A stretch of DNA of 64,000 nucleotides. It comes from Vicugna vicugna. Lineage: Eukaryota. A program made the position numbers and the translations under genes. The stretch spans positions 1 through 64,000 of the forward strand of contig MU058565.1 in the NCBI GenBank assembly GCA_013265495.1. Direction: 5' to 3'. Below are positions 13,568 through 24,650 of this stretch, piece by piece; within the stretch, counting starts at the first letter, position 1, and every line of letters begins with the position of its first letter. The notes under the pieces are model-generated. The model worked only from the letters and a program-made list of their open reading frames with translations. It was not told the DNA's origin and did not search any database.

Positions 13568-14084
13568 CTGTAAAGTGAAAGAGAGAACCCGGTCACAGGG
13601 ACTGTGGGACAGGTGGGGGGCTGGCCAGTCACTGACTCAGAGCTGGGTCACTGACCTAGGAAGTAACATGTAGGTGATAAATAAAAGCAGCGACTCCAAA
13701 AGCAATCATCACATTCACTGATTGTCTCCTTTCCCACCTCCACAGTGAGACCCGCAAAAGCTACTGATGAGTAGCTAAAAGCAGCTGAAGTCTTCAGGGT
13801 CCCCATCCCAGAGTGAATATTTGCTAAATATCTTGAATTTGAGTGCTCCTGGGAGGTTCAGGCTGAAATCCTTTGCGAGAATTACTCATGTTTATTAGTA
13901 ACTTGACGCAGTCATGATTTCCAGATTCTTCTTCTAGGTAGAGTGGGGGAAATTTTTTGTAGCACCCAAATCTCTAGCAATTTCCCGTCTGTTAACTGAT
14001 CTTCAAAACACATAGGGAAGGGGAGAAATGATTAGTTCCCCAAGTTCGAGTTTACAAAGGTTATGAACCTGGACAGTTACTCAC

Positions 14085-14155
14085 AGATAGAGCAGCACCA
14101 GGCTGGTAGCCAGGAGAACCCACGTTTCTATGGAAAAGCTTGGGATCAGGTCCAT
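14085..14155 (-). CDS. CYP3A: CYP3A gene A exon 1 (coding): MDLIPSFSIETWVLLATSLVLLYL
   Basis: ATG at 14155, 71 coding nt, GTGAGT donor; typical CYP3A N-terminal membrane anchor. Confidence 0.97.
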
Positions 14156-14272
14156 GGCCACTGTCCTCCGTGACTCCCTTCTCCGAGTTCCCTCACCGCT
14201 GTGTGCGCTGCTCTTCGCCTGTGAGCGTGGAGCTCCCCGTCCTGCCCGTGGAGATGCAGCGAGGCTGGAGGG

Positions 14273-14278
14273 TTTATG
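14273..14278 (-). promoter_or_regulatory. TATA-like box of gene A (CATAAA)
   Basis: Positional homolog, ~120 nt upstream of the ATG. Confidence 0.5.
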
Positions 14279-14379
14279 AGCTGGGAAGGGGGTGGGGCTG
14301 GAGCTGCAGCCAGTAGGAGGAACACCTGTGCTGTACCTGCAGGCGCTCAGTTGGCAAAGCATCTTGGACACTCTAGTTT

Positions 14380-14397
14380 TGGCCTCCTTTGTGTTCG
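14380..14397 (-). promoter_or_regulatory. Degenerate proximal ER6 of gene A: CGAACA-caaagg-AGGCCA
   Basis: Positional homolog of the gene B ER6 with 3 half-site substitutions. Confidence 0.7.
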
Positions 14398-17300
14398 TAT
14401 TCTGTAGGAATTCAATAACTACTCAATTAATGCCATCAGTAAGCACAACCGTCACAGACACTCACAAAAGCCGCTGACCGTATCTTCTCTAACTTGCTTC
14501 TCCTTAACTGCCCTCATTTGAAAATGCTTGAAATTCTTCCAACAAGCTGGGTCTACAGATCTTTATCCATGCAGTTTCCTCTCCCTCGAAGTCCCGTGTT
14601 CCCTTTGTATGTCCCCTGCTCATCCTTCAGATCCCATCTCAGACAGAACTCTCCGCTTTAGAGCCTTTCCTAGCCAACCTTCTTGATCAGGTATAACTAC
14701 TTCTCCTGGCAAACTTCCGTCCCCTGCACACAATCTATTATCTCCAGCACCATGGTTGGTTTCCTCACCTAGTTCCCTCACCAGATTGAGAACCTGGGCA
14801 CAGCCTGGCTATTAGTCACCACCATATCCCTGGAACCAAGTAGAGTGCTTTCTGTAGAGTGGGGATGAGAAAGGTTTGTGGAATTGCGTTGGTCGAGGTA
14901 GGACCTCTAGGCCACTGTATGTGCTTTTCAAGTGGCTCTTTGGTAACCACTGGACTGTTAGTACAACAAGAGGGCCTGGTTGGACCCTGGCCACCATCAC
15001 TGCACATGCAGGATGACCCATCAGATTCTGCTGACAAGAGGCCCTTGAAGGAGAGGCAGGACATGGACCAGGGGGTGATGGCTGCACCAGGGGATATCAA
15101 TTCATGCTGTCTTGTCTCAGGGCCCTGCAGTAGACAACAAGTTAGACAGATTCTTGACCAAAGAATGGCCTCTGTCTCTGGAAAGGCTACAAGTCCGAGA
15201 TCAACAGGCATAAAGAGAGTGGAGAGGAGAAAGCAGCCTGATGGTCAAGTGGACCCCAACCACCTTATCTACCAATGATGAGGCACACAATACACACAGG
15301 ACTCCAAAAGGGTATCAGGAAGTTCCTATGGGGCTGAGTGGGGTCAGAGCAGACAGCTTCCAACCTGTAGGCAAGTCGGGAAGGTTTTAATGGGTACGAC
15401 GATCTGGTAACGCAGAGACCTACAGTGGAACACGGTGTCATCTGTGAGCCCACACCCCACTCCTGATGAGAGACACATGCGGGTTAAGGGTCTGCAAATT
15501 CCATGGCCTCATTTTCATCCCTCTGACCCATGTCCTGTATCTGCTTCGTCTGGGAAACCATGAGCTGTGGAAGAAAGAAAATGTGAAACTTTTTTTTAAA
15601 ATTTATTATTAATTTTTATCTCAAAAATTGTTAAACTCAAGGGAAACACAAGACATTTAAGCTGTTTGTGCACTTCCTTCTTTCTTCATGCTTTGTCACT
15701 TTCAGTCCTTCTGCAGGATGAGATACTCATCTCTTACCAACTCTTTCCATTCCTCTGGTCTGAAAGTCCCTGGGGCTGCCTGACAACAGCCTGAGTGGGT
15801 GGATGTCTCATTGGTAAAATGCAGTAGGTCCCAACTATCTCACCTGTCCTCTGTTATTTCCTTGGGTTATTGTCATGGAGCATGACATTTCTACCATCAT
15901 AGTCTGTCAACTTTCTCCAGGAGGCACCTGTTACAATCCGTAGCTGCCACTGGAACAGTGTATGAAGACATCTGTTCACCAGTCCAGTGTTTGAAGGCCA
16001 AGTGGATGAATGTCAGGTGTAGGTGATGTGCTAGGCTGTGGATTAGAAGCCAGACAGTCCCTCCATGGGGAGGCTGCTCCCCATGAAGGGAGTGAGACAC
16101 ACAACCATGCCACGTATGTGGGATATGTGTGGAATGTCTGGGATAATGGAGCCCTACAGAAGCATAATGAAGGAGACAATTGGCTGCAAGCTTGAACACC
16201 AACACAGGACAGACCTGAGAAGCAGGAAGATGACCCCCAGGAGAGGTAGGATAGAACGTCCCAGGAATTCTGGTATGGGTGTGCACCATTTTGGTGACTT
16301 CTCTGGGCACTATTAAATAGAATCGTGCTACAATCTCCAGCTTACAGATGTAGAAAGTGAGGGTCAGTGAGCGCAAGTGGCTTCCCAACTACTGATCTCA
16401 AGAATGTGTTATAAATGAGCCAACACGAGACAGATGGCAAGTCTGCTCTGAAATGCTAATATTCAGTGTTTGTCATTTCACGGTAAGGGTCATTCTGGGA
16501 AATACTGAGTCCCAAGACTGCAAACTGGTTAACAATTGGTTAAAATAACTGATTCCTATCTTGAGGGCTACCCCCACCCAGGAGCTCCCCCATGGATCTC
16601 CACAAATAAAGGCTCCATCACCCCTCGTCAGGAACGACAGCTGGTGCAGGTCATCAGAACACTCGGGGTCTTGTATACAGTCTCTCTCTACAGTGCTGAC
16701 CAAGGGGTACATAACAGGGAAAGATTAGGGTGTCATTTGTAACTGCTGACACCTTAATTCACTCAACTAAACTCATTTCTTCTTCTTCTTGGAAACCAAG
16801 CTCTTGTGGAAACTATAAGGCTTTTCTCTTCCTCCAAAACAGGAACTCAGCTTTGATGATTATCAACTAAGCCTGGTATGACCATCACCCACCCTCCTCA
16901 CCACAGGGCTGCTTGGCATCTATCCTAATGGCAATAGGCTAGTCCCATGTATTTCCTGGGAATAAAATGCGGTCAGTACCATGTCCTAACAAATGTGTAA
17001 TGGTCTTGCTCTACAAGGGGAAATCATGGAAGGCATTATCTTTGTGTCCCTTCATTCCATGGCAGGGAACACCTAACGAGAAAAGTCTGACATACTAAGA
17101 CTGTGAAGAAAGATACTGTGTTCCTGACCCGCCCTCCTGGCTCCCCACCACCCACACACAACACTCCATATTTATCATCTATTTGTGTACTAGGAGATCA
17201 TCATGGACTTTCAAAGCTTGTTTCTCAATATTTAGGGCACAAATATGACTAAGACTCAGACATTATGCAGGTTGAAGACAAAGACAAATAAACTGGTAAT

Positions 17301-17431
17301 TATAGTACAGCCAAGGTAAACTAAGTATATGGACCCAGTATTCTCACCAAGTGTAAATGGCTTACTTTCTCTCTCAGACCACAGCAATCAAAGTTGAAAA
17401 TCAGGTAACACTCAGGTGTTGTGGAAAAATG

Positions 17432-17960
17432 TGTTACAGCTCAGTGTCACCGCTCAGTTGTGACACCAACCTGGATCCCAGCAAGAGACCAAGCAGCACT
17501 CAGAGCATTGGAGAATTCAGGTCTATTAAGCCAGCAGGCCAAGAAGAGTTAACACTCCAAGCTCTGGACCCTGCCTGTAGGTTTACACAGGCCTTTATAG
17601 GCTGCCAGTTTAACCTTTGCAACATCATATACAAATAAAGTATAACAAAAGTTGACCAACTAGGAACAAGCTTTGTAGAAATAGGCCAATCATGAGTGAG
17701 AGAAATAACCAATCAGGAGTGAGAGGAATGGACCAATCAGGAGTGAGAGAAACAACCAATCAGGAGTGAGCTCCATGCAAATGAAGTACTACAAATGGAC
17801 CAATTAGAAGTTAGGGAAGTGGACCAATCAGAAGTGAGAGTAATAATGAAGCCGGAATGAAGGCAATAACCAATCAGAAGGGAGCTGAGGGAACCAATAG
17901 AATTTTAGCAGTAAGTAAGCCATTTCAGAGGCAAAAAGTGACATAGAGCCTCTGGTCCGG
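17432..17960 (-). mobile_element. Solo ERV1-type LTR with CCAAT tandem repeats (right boundary approximate)
   Basis: Minus strand ends ...CTGAGCTGTAACA; TATAAA at 17594-17599; eight CCAAT boxes in ~23-24 bp units; octamer ATGCAAAT. Confidence 0.7.
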
Positions 17961-19144
17961 GGAACCGGATGATGCTGTCAGGAGAGTTTGACCCTGCTTG
18001 GGAGTCCCGCCGCTCTTTTCATGGGGCTCTCCGCCTTAAGAGAAGCATTAGGCTCAGCATCAGTACAGGTGAACCGGGTGTCAGGGACTCAGGGATGCAG
18101 GATGCACTACCAATTTGCTATTCCCATCCTTCTATATTGTTAGCCCAGGTGACTCCTCTTCTGGGAAGCCTGTCGGCATTTCCACTGGCTGAAAGAATTG
18201 CTCACGATATGGGGAGGTAGTGTTGGTCTGGAATGATTTGTGTTAGATTCAAATTTCTCAGATCACAATCTGAAGTGTGCAAACAATGAAAGCAAGATTA
18301 TGTTAAGTCTGCCCCCACGCCCTCCTTGTTCTCAGTAGGGCAACATTTGACAATGCCATTTTGGAATAACAGTGGGTCTCAAAGTGTGGGTAGCTGGGGG
18401 AGGGGAGGAGCCAAACTTTCAGGGGCTCCTGGTTCCAAGGATGGGGAGATAGTGACAAGACATTGTGTCTTGGCCTGAGAGGAGGTAGGCACCTCAACCC
18501 AATGTCGCTGTATGTTGGATGGGATCTATGCCTGCTGTGTTCAGTTCATGTGCCAAGAACTAACTGTAAAGAAAGCCAAATCCTTGCTCTCATGAAGCCC
18601 ACACTTAAAGGGGAGAGAGACATAAACAAATAACTTCACAAATCAATTTCAGTTACATGTCAGGACGTGTGTTATGAAGTAGAAGAACCCCCTTGCTTTA
18701 GCTTCCTTAGCATTGATATAATTCCCTTTTCGTCCTTTTCCTTCTGTTCCCCTTGAAAAATATGAAGGCAACAGAATCAACAGAACTTGACTCACTGGAA
18801 GTGTGTGAGCCTGGGCATCATCTGTGTGAGCCTGTTTCCTCATCTGTCCATGACGGAAATTGATTGGGATTGACGCAGAAAAACCTTATTCCAACTGCAA
18901 GACCCCTTCACTGCCTGCCTCTCTCAGCCTCTTTGTCCCTCGAGGATTTTCTGAACTCTTTCTCCATAATTCTCTGTCCCTCCTATGTCATTCAGGTCCC
19001 CTAGTCCCCCAGCCCTGTCAAGAACTGAGAGTTCCTGAGGGCAAGATGGAGAGCCAAGGTGCAATAGGATGGACCCATTTAGGACCTGAGCTCTAGATGC
19101 TAGAGTGGTTTCTCAGCTGGGACTGCACACAGAGGGGCACACAG

Positions 19145-19145
<1 letters not shown>

Positions 19146-19198
<53 letters not shown>
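19146..19198. repeat. Pure (AC)~26 microsatellite
   Basis: Directly visible; the gene B homolog (53360-53382) is short and interrupted. Confidence 0.97.
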
Positions 19199-19199
<1 letters not shown>

Positions 19200-19254
19200 C
19201 AAGACCTATCCTCGGGAAAGGAGAGCTAATATTTTTTGTTCTGAGTACTCGGCC

Positions 19255-19440
19255 TGCATTAAGATACTCAGTCCGCCCTACAATCCTATGAGATAGGTCT
19301 TGTTACGAAGCCTCTTATACAAATAAGCTAGCTGGGACCCAGAAAGTTACGCGACTGTTGAAGGGTACATGACTAATTACTATCAGAGCTGGGATTCAAA
19401 TTTAGATCTTCTAAGTTGAGAGCCCAAGGTCTTACCTTAA
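19255..19440 (+). mobile_element. MIR; homolog at 53420-53605; further MIRs near 19795-19930 and 53990-54110
   Basis: MIR core (cctatgag..cccattttacaga..agagctggga.tcaaa). Confidence 0.6.
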
Positions 19441-20779
19441 TCCAGGCTCAGCCCTGCCCAAGCATTTAGTGGGAAAGCCCGGGTCTTTTGAGGTGGCAGT
19501 GACCAGGGCTTCGCCCCCACCCAGAGACAAGGTGAGGCGCGTCCGCACACCCCTCGGGGGGGGGCTGGGGTGAGGTCGGGGGTGTCCCTTCTGGCCCCGC
19601 ACAGCCCATCGCGCACAAAGCCCCCTGTGCCCTGAGGCGGAAGCGCTTCCTTAGACTTCACAGCAAAGGGAGGAGGAGGCGGGCGCCCTCAGGGACGCTC
19701 ACTTTCTGCTCCATTGCAGAGTGTGTCCCTCCTGATGACCTAGTCACGGACCTCTCCACCACATGGTAGGCTTTATAAAGTGCTTTTAATGGATTCTTAC
19801 AAAATCTCTGTGAGATAAAACGTGTTGGAATCATTTTATTCCCACTTTACAGGTGTCGAAACAGAAGCTCAGGGTAAGGAAGAGTCCTGCCCAAGCAAAT
19901 AAACTGTGAATCTGGATCACACAGCCAGATCTTGTGATTCTAAATTGTTTCTGTGTCATGTTTGTTTAGAGTCAAGGGGCCTCCTGAAACAACTCTGCAG
20001 GCTGCGCCAGCCTCACATGGGACAGATATGTCTTTGCACGTAGCTGGGAATGACCCAAAATGAGATGCACATCCTTCTGTATTAGGTACTTGCTGAACTT
20101 TCGGTGCTTCCGTTAGAGGATAATGCAGGTGATTCGGACATGTCACAGTCAGAGTCATTTGGGTTTCCAGGAAAGCGGACAGTAAAAGGTGATGAAAACA
20201 GTAAGGGCAAGAGGAATCAGAGAACAGAGGCAAATATCAGAAGACCACGTGGAAGGGAATTAATAAACAGGAAGTGTAAGATGAAGGAAGAAGAAGAGCG
20301 AGTGTGTTGGGTGTGCTGGAGAGGAGAGGCAGCTCGCCGGCCTGTCCTCATCGCTGCAGTGGCTTCCTAACAAGCGGCCTCATCCAGGCAATTCCCCTCT
20401 TAAGCCACACGACAGATGCGGGTAAAATGTGGATCCTTTAACGTTCCCCTGTTGCTCAAATGCCTACAACCATTCCCATCATCCCCAAGAGAAAATCTAA
20501 ACGCCTCAGGTTAGCAACTCATGACCCGTCCTCACCTGGCCAAGAGGGGCTCCTTCAGATGTGTTCTGACCCATTTCCTCATCCATTTGGCACAAAGGAG
20601 GGAAGGGGAGAGGGCATTTCAGGCTGTGAGAATTGTGCAGCTGACTGCCATGATCACTGCTGAGTGTATTTCTCATCTCTTGCCTGCAAAACACAGTGTC
20701 TAAATGAAGCCAACTTTCTTACTGCTAATACAGGAGGGAGTGGATCAGAGAGCAAGCTAGGGACACTCTGCTTCTAGGG

Positions 20780-21110
20780 TCAGTGTCATTTAGTGCATTC
20801 ACAATGTCGTGCCACCAACACCTCCATGTAGTTCCAAAATATTTCCATTAAGCACTTCCTCTCCACTCTGTCCTCTCCCCAGGCCCGGATGACCACCCAT
20901 GCATGTTTCCTCTTTACGGAGTTGCTGACTCTGGATGTCCCACAGAAACGGGGTCCTGTAATATGTAGCCTCTTGTGTCTGGATTCTTTCACTGACGTGT
21001 GTTTGAGGTTCATTCCTTTTGCGTCACGTGTCAGTACTTCACTCCTTTGGTGGCTGAATACTATTCTGTTTGTTGATGAAAAAATTAATCTAATGGTCAA
21101 TCTAAGAAGA
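20780..21110 (-). mobile_element. Old L1M 3' fragment; a second one at ~21520-21830
   Basis: Typical L1M 3'UTR motifs in reverse orientation. Confidence 0.6.
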
Positions 21111-22329
21111 AGTAGAGAATTGCTTTTCAAGCCCATTGGAGGATTAGAACCCAGGAGACAAGCTTTCAGAAAGCTCTAAGGACTGTTCCACCCATTAGAG
21201 GTCAAAGCTCAAGTTAAGTAAGTTTTTGAGTCAAGGACTTATACTTCAGATAAGCTACTGACAGTTTCGACAGCCCACATCTGGACATTGTGACCTCTTA
21301 CAAAACTCGACGGAGTGTTGTCCCCTGAGGAGTTACCTTGGGAAAACTGTTGCTGACATGAAGCAGGCACTCCTGTCTTCTCAGGAGGTCTGGCTGACGC
21401 AGACGCACATGTACACTAAAGGGGGGCGGGCGGCCCTGATGGCAGAGAGAGAATTCAATGTATGAAAAACAGTTTTCTTGCTTTATCTTAAAAGTACGTT
21501 TGTTTCATCACATGCTGTGGGTGGATCTACAGTGTGTTTACCCGGTCCTCTGCTGATTTTCCTTGTTTCCACCCTTTTGCGCTCATGAATGGTGCTGCTA
21601 TGAGCCCACAGGTTCGTGTATTTGTTTGAAAACCTGTTTTCATTTCTCCCGAGGACCTACCCTGGGGCGCAGCTGCCGGCTCAGACGGGGACGCTGCGCT
21701 TACCGGTCTGGGCGGCCGGACGTCTCCTTCAGTGTCTGCGCCGTGTGCACCCCCGCCGGCAACGAATGAGCCTTCCAATTTCTACACGTTCTCACCCTCT
21801 TTTGCTTTTTACCTTGTATTCTTTTTTATAGGCATCCTAGTGGTTGTGCTGCAGTAAAATTTCTAAAAAAATCTGACTTTTTGTAACCACAAAGTCAAAA
21901 AAGTCAAAATGGTTAAGAATCTAAGAATTTGCCAGAGACAGAGGGGGACAAGCAAAGCGCCTGGCTGGGAACCTGGCCCTGGTGGCCCTTGAGCTGTCTT
22001 TGGACTCCAGGGACGTCTGTGCTCCGTGCTGTGCAGACAGCTGGCTAGGGAGCTGGCTGGTCCACGGAGTGTGACCGATACGCCGGCCCCGGGTGGGGGA
22101 TTGAAACCCTGTCAGCCTCAGCTGTCTGATCTATAGACTGAGCATTAGTAGCTGTGTCCTCCCCTCCTAAAGGAGCCCAGAGCAGACCAGACCAGACCCG
22201 GGTCCATGACCGGAGGGGCTTGAAGCCTGGATCTGCACGTCGGCCTCCCGGTGGCTTTGCGTGAGGACCCTCAGCAGGCCCTCAGGAAATGTTCACACAT
22301 AGGAGCTCATAAACAGTTCGCCTAGTGCT

Positions 22330-22475
22330 AAAAAGGACAAGCATTAGACAGTAGTGACAAGGTAGAGGGAAAAGAGTGACAGTGAACACATGTATGTTCA
22401 TGTATGTTGTGCTCTACACTGGAATTTGACACAACATTGTGAAATGATTATAACTCAATAAAACATGTTAAAAAA
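22330..22475 (+). mobile_element. Short L1 3' tail
   Basis: Same tail sequence as the inserts at 4260 and 12000. Confidence 0.7.
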
Positions 22476-22984
22476 GAACAAGCTATGGGCTGTACGTTTC
22501 GTTAGCAAGAGGAGGAGACATGAGTTCACGCTGAAGTGAAACATAATGAAAAGGCTAGGAGTCTGCTGAGCGCGGACTCTGTATTTTTCTCCTACTGGTT
22601 GTGCTGAAATGGATCTTTTTACTGCCTCCTGCGTGCGGAGGCCCTGACTCATAAATGTTTAGAACTTAATTTTCAGGATCCTCATGGGGGCGGTGGTGTC
22701 TGGCCAGCTGTGTGAGCTCGGGGCCCCCACCCCCAACATTTCCCACCCCTGCAGGACCTCCAGTCCACCCCCACCCCGTTGAAATGCTTCCTCTCCCCTC
22801 CTCCTGCCCTGGGGCAAAAATCGTTTCTAAAAAGTTCCCAAGTTGAGGCCATTGTAAGCAGAGAAAAGACAATCACAGAGGAACAAAACACAGGAGTAAG
22901 GTGAGCTCTTCCCCCTTTCAGACACAGGGTCGTTACAACATTCCGTCAGGGCTACTGGAAACGGAGGCCTAGGCTCCACATTCA

Positions 22985-23325
22985 GCCCCAGTTACTGGGA
23001 GCACTGGCTGCTACCAATGAGAGGCTGCCCCATTCTCTGGAGAAGCTCCCTGGGCCAAACTTAAGCCACTGCCCCCGGGAGCTTGCGCCTCCTGGGGGAT
23101 GGGACGGCCAGTCTGTGCGTGACTGATGGGGTACAAAGCTGGCCCCTGCCTCAAGCTGGGACCCCCTCTGTAGGACAATGCTCCACAGAGACCCCAGCGC
23201 CACTCACCTTTTCTTCCTGCCTTCCCCAGCTCCCCTCACTCCCTTCTCCAGAGAGCACCCTCTCCATAAACCATTTGTGCCTGAACCCCTGTCTCAGGCT
23301 CTGCTTTTAGGGAACCTAAGTCAGG
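22985..23325 (+). mobile_element. ERVL LTR16/LTR33-like LTR; homolog at 57090-57435
   Basis: 3' end ccctgtctcaggctctgcttttagggaacctaa typical of this group. Confidence 0.6.
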
Positions 23326-24049
23326 GGCTGAGCCAGAGCTAGTTTGTGCACAGTGGCATTCAGCCGAGTAGCATACAGGTCCTGAAATTCAGCCCAAACT
23401 CTGTGATCTAAGCTATGCAAAGTGTAGCGGAGCTTGTCCTCAATTGCCAAAAGCCACTGATTAGTGTAGACTCAGCCCTGGAAGGTGCTGGGATTTGAAA
23501 CCCAGGACTCCAGCTTCAGAGCCCCTCACCTCTCAGTCACAGTGTGATGTCACCTCCTTATATCAAAATAAAGAAGACTAGGGTAGGATGCGGAGAGCTG
23601 TATAAGCCAAAAGGTACCTTTGTGACCCCACCAAATAATCACAAATTTACTGAAGAGCCTGTTCAAAGAACTATTTTCCTGACCCATCTCAGAGAAAATT
23701 GCCAACCTGATATTTCACACCCCGTCTCACCCACAAACGGTGATGTGCCAGCACATGACCACAGCACGACCTCCAAGTCAGGAAGTTCACGCTGTACGTG
23801 ACTGCCATCTGACCTCAGAGCCCCCAGCTCCTCACCTGTCCCCACCATGTCCTTATCGCAGAAGGACCTGGCCTGTGAGTCACCTTTAGATGTCCCCTCT
23901 CCAGCGTCTCCTTCATCTGGAACATTGTCAGCCCGGCTTTGCCTTCATGAGCTTCATGCTTTCATAGATGACAAACTAGTAACAGACCAGGAGTAGAATA
24001 TTCCTCAGTTTGGGTTTGTCCGTCTTCTTTTCAGGATTTCTTTCAGGTT

Positions 24050-24650
24050 TGCCTGCTTGGCAGAAACATCACACAGGTGAAGCAATTTCTTCTCACCTCA
24101 TCCTGTCACTGCACCCTTGACGTGTGATCAGTTAATCCATCCCATTTCTGCTTAGGCTTTGAAAGCACCTTTCTCCCCTCTGAAGCTAACCCTTCCCCCC
24201 TGTAACTAATGGGCATTTTGAGCAACACTACTTTGAAGCTATGCAAGTATCCTCATCAAACTGCAATTTATCCATTTATTTATATTTGTTTGTGTGTTCT
24301 CATGTTTTTCTGTTTTCTTGAACGGCTTATAATCTCTTACTTTCCATATTTATTATGATGGTCAGCTTGTCCTTGATTTGGTCAGTGGTGATCCATCAGG
24401 CTAGCTTTCGCGTCCTTTTGACAAGTCCACCTCAATCTTCACATTTCCTTGTTTTCTAGCCCAAGATGTTCCAGGATCATGATGTACTTTCCCAGACCTG
24501 GAATCAGCCATTTCTCTAAGAAGATCTGGTTTCTTTCAGTGGAAAATGATGTTTACAAGCCAAGGTCTGGGCACGAGATATGCTTATTGCTATTGGGGTG
24601 TCGCTGTTTCTAAACTGTATCAGTGGAGAGAAGTGGGTAATACGTGTTTT
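24050..24650 (-). mobile_element. L1MC-like 3' fragment; homolog at 58150-58920
   Basis: cccagacctggaatcagccatttctc..gaagatctggttc motif. Confidence 0.6.

Noticed and set aside
14812-16388. Several 120-160 aa overlapping ORFs upstream of gene A
   Set aside because: No recognisable domain, and frames are not preserved in the paralogous region upstream of gene B.
17680-17900. Regularly spaced short repeats superficially like a CRISPR array
   Set aside because: This is mammalian DNA and the units are tandem CCAAT repeats of an LTR U3 region without unique spacers.
20084-20099. ACTTGCTGAAC resembling the human XREM dNR1 (TGAACTtgcTGACCC)
   Set aside because: It is in the wrong orientation relative to the gene, one half-site is poor, and no flanking XREM homology was seen.
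23544-23801. Same ~80 aa peptide predicted at 23544 and 57591, suggesting a conserved small gene
   Set aside because: DNA identity is complete, including synonymous sites, and the starts and ends differ. Conversion or duplication explains it better than coding constraint.
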